Below, piece by piece: positions 32,721 through 37,930 of a stretch of DNA of 37,930 nt. This DNA is from Nemertoderma westbladi (Eukaryota; Animalia; Xenacoelomorpha): the NCBI GenBank assembly GCA_032718475.1, contig JAUCBJ010005787.1, positions 1 through 37,930 of the forward strand, read 5' to 3'. A program made the position numbers and the translations under genes. Every line of letters begins with the position of its first letter. Position 1 is the stretch's first letter. Below the pieces are notes generated by a model. That model made no database searches. It was not told the DNA's origin and saw nothing but the letters and a program-made list of their open reading frames with translations.

Positions 32721-33710
32721 TTACTACTGGACAATGTTATAAGTGAAAGGAGAGTTAGGCGAGTTGAACTCTTTTACAATCGCTATTATTAATGTTAGAT
32801 TTCATGGTGATTTTTGTTGTTATTTTAAAACAAAAATCAATAACTCTAAATAAGTAAAGGTCTGTACACCCGAACAAAAGGAAGACTTATTTTTGTTTTT
32901 ACTTCACTCTTACTTTTATTAACTTTCACTAAAATGTTTTCATTTTATGGTTTTTCGAGTTTACAATGAAATTAAGTATCCATTGTGTTTAGAATTCGTC
33001 TCGACCAATCACGAGTTTCCTGTTTAGTTTAATGTGGTCTTATATTTAAAGTATTTATAGAATTTATGTAGTATGGTATCATAAACAAAATAAAAGAGAG
33101 TATATGAGTTGTGTTGAATTGTAGCTGTACACAGATTATAACGGGCTGTACCCTGTAAAGTCCATAATAATTGTAGATTACGCTACCAGACAAGGTGAAA
33201 TGTGCCAATGTATTACATTACGTTGGCATACTGTTGGTTTATTAAAAATAAATTATTTACTCTAATAAATTATTGATTATTATGCCTTCTCTGTTTCCCC
33301 TTATCTCTATTATATTACTTGTTCGCCAAGTAACAAATGTTTATCATATCGGCCTACAAATAGAGTTACAAGAGGCTTTTCACTGTTTAATTACTTTTCG
33401 GTGAATAAATTGCTCGCATTGGAATACATTATGGAGATGGGTGTTTCGGTGTTTACGATTTCCATTTAATGAGTAGTGGTAGGAAGCAACTCACCGAATC
33501 TATTGGAGGATAAGATAAAATCTAATGGCAATTGAATTACATGCTAATAAGTGCCCGGGTGTGTCCACAAATATTGTCTGCAATCCACTGCGCCACTCCA
33601 GGATTCACTACACAACCTGTGCGAAACTACTATAACATTACTCCATTAAATTAATTAACAAAATTTTGTTTGTAAAATGTAGGAAACAATTTTGACATAA
33701 ATACGAAAAT

Positions 33711-33778
33711 CACTAGTGAGACTCGAACCAACAACCAATAGGACCAAAATCTGTATGCTATTCCTTGCTACTATTGAT
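33711..33778 (-). pseudogene. Degenerate tRNA-like sequence (tRNA pseudogene or SINE head)
   Basis: B box GGTTCGAGTC with A-box-like TAGCAAGGAATAG upstream; stems broken. Confidence 0.4.
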
Positions 33779-33900
33779 ACAGAATGGTCATCAATGGCCA
33801 TAGATATTATAATGAATAAAAAAAATATGATATAATAATGAATAATAAAAAATCATTAATAATGAAATATTTTATGTTCCTTTGACAACATTATTTATTA

Positions 33901-34946
33901 TTAACCGTTACAGGACTGGGGGGGGGGGAGGTTGAATCCATCCCCCCCCCCCCCCCCCCCTTAAGTTTATCTAGTGATCTGCGCAGAAGCACTGATCGTA
34001 GTGAGCTGAAATTTCCTGAGTTTTCCTAAAATTTATCTCTGAATCTCATGAAAAAAAACGAGAACTTCATAGCTCTAATAGTTGTCGAGTTATAGGGGGT
34101 GTAAAAAACACATGACAGCACTATTCAAGCTAAAATTGGCAACTTTTGAAAGGATTGATGTTGTCAGCCAGTTTCTCGTTTATAAAGGTTTTTTGGTATA
34201 CCGAATCGAACAATGGTGTCCATTTTACGTCAAAACTTACCTGAATACATTTTTTGGGGGTCCCACAAAAGTGGGTGCAACACGAAAATTTCAAATTTTC
34301 ACTTTCAATAGTACACATTTCCAAAGGTCAATTTTCTGTGTACAAAGGTTTTCGAGGTAGCTGAATCGATTTAGACCGATAGATAGATGTCACAGACAAG
34401 TGGGATGGTATTTTTCGGGGAGTCCTACAAAAGTGGGTGCGGCACGAAAATTTCAAATTTTCACTTTCAATCGTACTCATTTCCAACGGTCAAATTTGTG
34501 TGTACAAAGGTTTTCGAGGTCGCTGAATCGATTTAGACCAACAGATTGGTGATGCAGACAAGTGGGATGTATTTTTCGGGGGGTCCTAGAAGTGGGTGCG
34601 GCATGAAAATTTCAAATTTTCACTTTCAATCGTACTCATTTCCAAGGTACTCATTTATTGTGTGTACAGTACAAAAGTTTTCGAGGTCGCTGAATATATT
34701 TAGACCGATAGATAGGACGGTATTTTTCCGGGGGGGGGGGGGGGGGTCCTACAAAAGTAGGTGCAGCACGAAAGTGGGTACAACATGATAATTTCAAATT
34801 TGGGTGCTTCTAAAAAATGGCATAAATCAACATTATGAGACGATATGGACCATCAGGTAGGATTCAGTGGGGTCGAAAACCCTAAGAGGCCTCTCAAGAA
34901 AGTCATGGGCTATCCACTCTCCCAGCATTGGGGTCCGAACGCTTAA
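33901..34946. mobile_element. Non-autonomous DNA transposon-like element with ~170-bp internal tandem repeats
   Basis: Starts TTAA-CCGTTACAGGAC plus G-run/C-run hairpin; 3-4 repeats (aaaagtgggtgc..cacgaaaatttcaaattttcactttcaat) at 34245-34800; weakly matching GTCCGAACGC-TTAA at the right end. Confidence 0.5.
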
Positions 34947-35016
34947 CGTAATTAATTAATCACTTTCATAGTGATGTTTAGGAATATTGATGAAATTCAT
35001 ATACCTTTTTATTTAT

Positions 35017-35198
35017 TCACTCCTGGGTAACAGAGTGGAGTCTTGCCCCGATCTCCTTCAGGAACTCGGATGTTTCTGGAAAGGATGTTTCCCAAAGTCT
35101 CATAGGCTACCGGGTGGAAGAGGTAGCCCTGGTCCGAGTTCCTGGTACTTGCGGATCTTTAGAGTTTCCGCTTCCTCTGCAGTGCGGCCTCTGGCGGA
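35017..35198 (-). pseudogene. Short CRE-like endonuclease fragment (different family from 32270-32720)
   Basis: AEEAETLKIRKYQEL / GYLFHPVAYETLG / SEFLKEIGARLHSVTQE across frameshifts. Confidence 0.7.
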
Positions 35199-35234
35199 TA
35201 ATTAAATAAATATTCTAATTTATGAACTACCTAA

Positions 35235-35573
35235 CAGATGGGGAGGGGGGGGCTTTCGATACAATAAAAGTCATCCCTACCAGGGGAAATCAATGACAAA
35301 AATCTGATTTAAAATTTGTTATATTGACTTTAGTTGCGACATTTTGCGTTTTGCATTTATTTGCATTTAGTTGCGATTTTTTTTTGTTATAGTATATAAA
35401 TACAATGGCATTACATCGATCTAATCTTAATTAGGGTTTTTGTCGCAACTAAAGTCAATATAACAAATTTGAAATCAGCTGTTTGGCATTGATTTCCCCT
35501 GGAGAGGGATGACTTTTATTGTATCGAAAGCCCCCCCCCCCCCCCCCCCCCCCCACCCCACCTCCCCATTTGT
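35235..35573. mobile_element. MITE-like fold-back with ~105-bp inverted arms
   Basis: gggctttcgatacaataaaagtcatccct...tttagttgcgaca (to 35341) and its reverse complement from 35441. Confidence 0.85.
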
Positions 35574-36427
35574 CCCTTTCCCTATTATATCCGTCAATAG
35601 GTACCAAAGTCTATATTACCACATGTCTTTAACACCACTGGCTGGCTGGTACACAAACACTATAACTTAACTGTAAAATGATCCATCCATCCAATCTCAC
35701 TTAACTTAAGCCTTTTCTCTTGCATCGAATAGATTATAGTACCGGTATCCACTACCGTTATGGGTATGGTTCGATGCCCTTCGACATAATACGCTGCAGA
35801 GATTTGGCAGTTTGGGGCGAACATAAACATGAGCGTGAGTTAATGTGTGGCAGTGCAGCTGTTGCACCCGAGCAGCCGAGCCGGAAGCTCAGAGCAGTAG
35901 TGTCAAGGGCAACAACATGTCAAGGCAAACATGGCTGGACATGGGGTGATGGCAGTGAGTTACTTTAAACAAACTTTTGCATTGGCAAACTACTCAAAAG
36001 TTCCATACATTCTCCAGTCCTAGCTCCTCGGTTAGTCCAGTTTACCTGTGGTTCTAGCGCAGTAGCGATACACCAAAAGTTCAGTTCACCAACGACACTG
36101 CGACAGACAGAAGTGGTGACCTTGATGGAGAGTTGTTTGAGTACAATTCCAACACGTTCGTGGGGCTTCGCGCAGCACGAGGCCCAGTTATTAGATACAA
36201 ATTAAAATTGAGCGACTGTATCACAAAATCAGGTTTTGAGAAATTTACCCACACCACCAATCAATCAAAGAAAGGGGGCACAGTACGTGTTTACCCCTTT
36301 TAATCTCTCCGCCCCACCACCCCCCCCCCCCCCCCCACCCTTCCCAACCACCAATACATAACCGCGACATCTACCACCCACGGAAGGGTAGCACGAACTT
36401 ATTTCAAATCGCACGTTAAATATGCCA

Positions 36428-36712
36428 AAGCCAGGTGGTTTATAGGAATATAATAAACGCAGTACTCGTTTTCAATTATAAGCCTCTTTGCGTTCGTCCT
36501 GTTTTGTATTTAAATATATTTCTTAAACGCAGGGCTAGGACGATCTTTATAATAATAATAACTAGGGATGCGATCAATATGTGAAGCCAGGTGGTTTATA
36601 TAATAATTTAGACAACGCAGTACTCGTCTTCATTATATGCCTCGTTGCGCTCGTCGCTTGTCCTGTTTTATCATAAAATATTTTTCCTAAACGCAGACTG
36701 ACAATCTTTATA
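36428..36712. repeat. Diverged ~155-bp direct duplication
   Basis: aagccaggtggtttata...aacgcagtactcgt...taaacgcag at about 36428 and 36584. Confidence 0.75.
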
Positions 36713-37569
36713 CAGTTATAACTATGCGAAGTGTTCGAAACTGTGCGAGTAACTGTTGATACATCTATGTGGAGATGTGTGATATGTGGAGATGTGTGAT
36801 ACAACGCCAACGCATCTTATGCCGATGTAGTAATATGGGTATTGAAATAATATTAAATCAATGTACACTCTTAAAGCTGCAGCGAAAAAATGTAGCTAAT
36901 TTTCCTAGGTTACATATAAAATAATAATATTATTTTTAAGAACATTAATTTTACTACTTTGCAAAAATTCAATTAAAAAAATAACCAGACATATACATTG
37001 TGGAATAAACTATTTCAGATAAGCCTACACAACAGCCATGCCATGGATTGTATTTATGTTATTATATCTGTCATTTACCTGAGATAGCAATACAACACTT
37101 ATAGTAGAGTCAATGTTGGGATGTTGGATTTAAAGAATGCTGTCTGGGCTGGAATAGCAATACTGGTTGCCTATTACAGTTCCTCTCTGGTTAGTCTACA
37201 GCCACAACTCCCAGCTAGCTCCACACCAGCAGAGACTTGACCAATAATCATTCCCAGCAACTGGCTGCCTTAACACACATCCTTCCATCTATGTACCAGC
37301 ATGTTGGCCAATAAATGAGCAGTATCAATTTTTTACGCCGTTTTAATTACTTTAGATCAATTAAAGACACAATTATTAAAGCAAATCAGTTGAACTAATT
37401 AAAAACTATAATAGAATGGCGTATGTGGATTACATCTGTATAATTTTTAAGTATAATTATTTAAATCTTATACTGTAAAACAATTAATTTCCTTTAAAAG
37501 GCAGGTTGAAAATGGTGTTTTTACCGTAATCAACTTAATTTACTAATTAACTGCTATTATCTTAGCTTC

Positions 37570-37770
37570 TCGAAGGCCACACGGAAATTCTACTTGGAAA
37601 ATTTCTAAACTTTTGCCAAACAACATGTGTACCAAGTTTGGATAGATTTCATCAAAGATTGGCCGAGTTATTAACGTTTAAAATAGAACGCGACAGAACG
37701 ACTGAACGACAGGTTGATTAATGGTACCACTACGCTAAGGCTCACTCACTTCGTGGCTCGCCCCACAAGT
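37570..37770 (+). mobile_element. Possible DINE-1/Helentron-like non-autonomous element 3' part
   Basis: atgtgtaccaagtttgg, short (gaacgac)n microsatellite, GC-rich terminal segment; family resemblance from memory only. Confidence 0.35.
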
Positions 37771-37930
37771 TGAAGTGTATTGGGGTAGTGAAGTTAGTGC
37801 ATAGTGGGTATTGGGACATGGAATAAAGGTCAGCTGGTACAACCTGACAATCTTCTTGAGATTCACTTCTACTTCCACCAGTCCTTAAGCTGTTAAGTCT
37901 CTAAGTCTGCATAATATCAAAATTTCCATG

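Noticed and set aside
35017-35200. Structured ncRNA or HDV-like ribozyme (several hairpins on the plus strand)
   Set aside because: The minus strand translates to CRE endonuclease motifs, and no ribozyme topology could be built.

Overview
AT-rich, repeat-dense eukaryotic (animal-like) genomic DNA; the species cannot be identified from the window. Bases 1 to ~11,970 are a minus-strand BEL/Pao LTR retrotransposon whose gag-pol (three zinc knuckles, PR, RT, RNase H, IN) is split into three overlapping ORFs by two frameshifts. It has an unusually long (~3.2 kb) 5' non-coding/LTR region, and the 3' LTR probably lies outside the window. The remainder holds a tRNA-Lys(CTT) gene, an intact intronless cathepsin B gene (minus strand), a probable first coding exon of an unidentified plus-strand gene, and five satellite arrays (28, 17, 15/16, 49 and 32 bp units). 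It also has decayed CRE-, RTE- and other LINE fragments, two tRNA-derived SINEs, several MITE/DNA-transposon remnants and a Penelope-like inverted repeat carrying a degenerate type I hammerhead ribozyme. The most notable observations are: (i) a 49-bp satellite made by ~44-fold amplification of an exon/intron junction, so most units carry a consensus 5' splice site; (ii) a 28-bp satellite enclosed by terminal inverted repeats; (iii) the hammerhead-bearing fold-back; (iv) the intronless cathepsin B. All calls come from motif recognition by eye; no searches were run.
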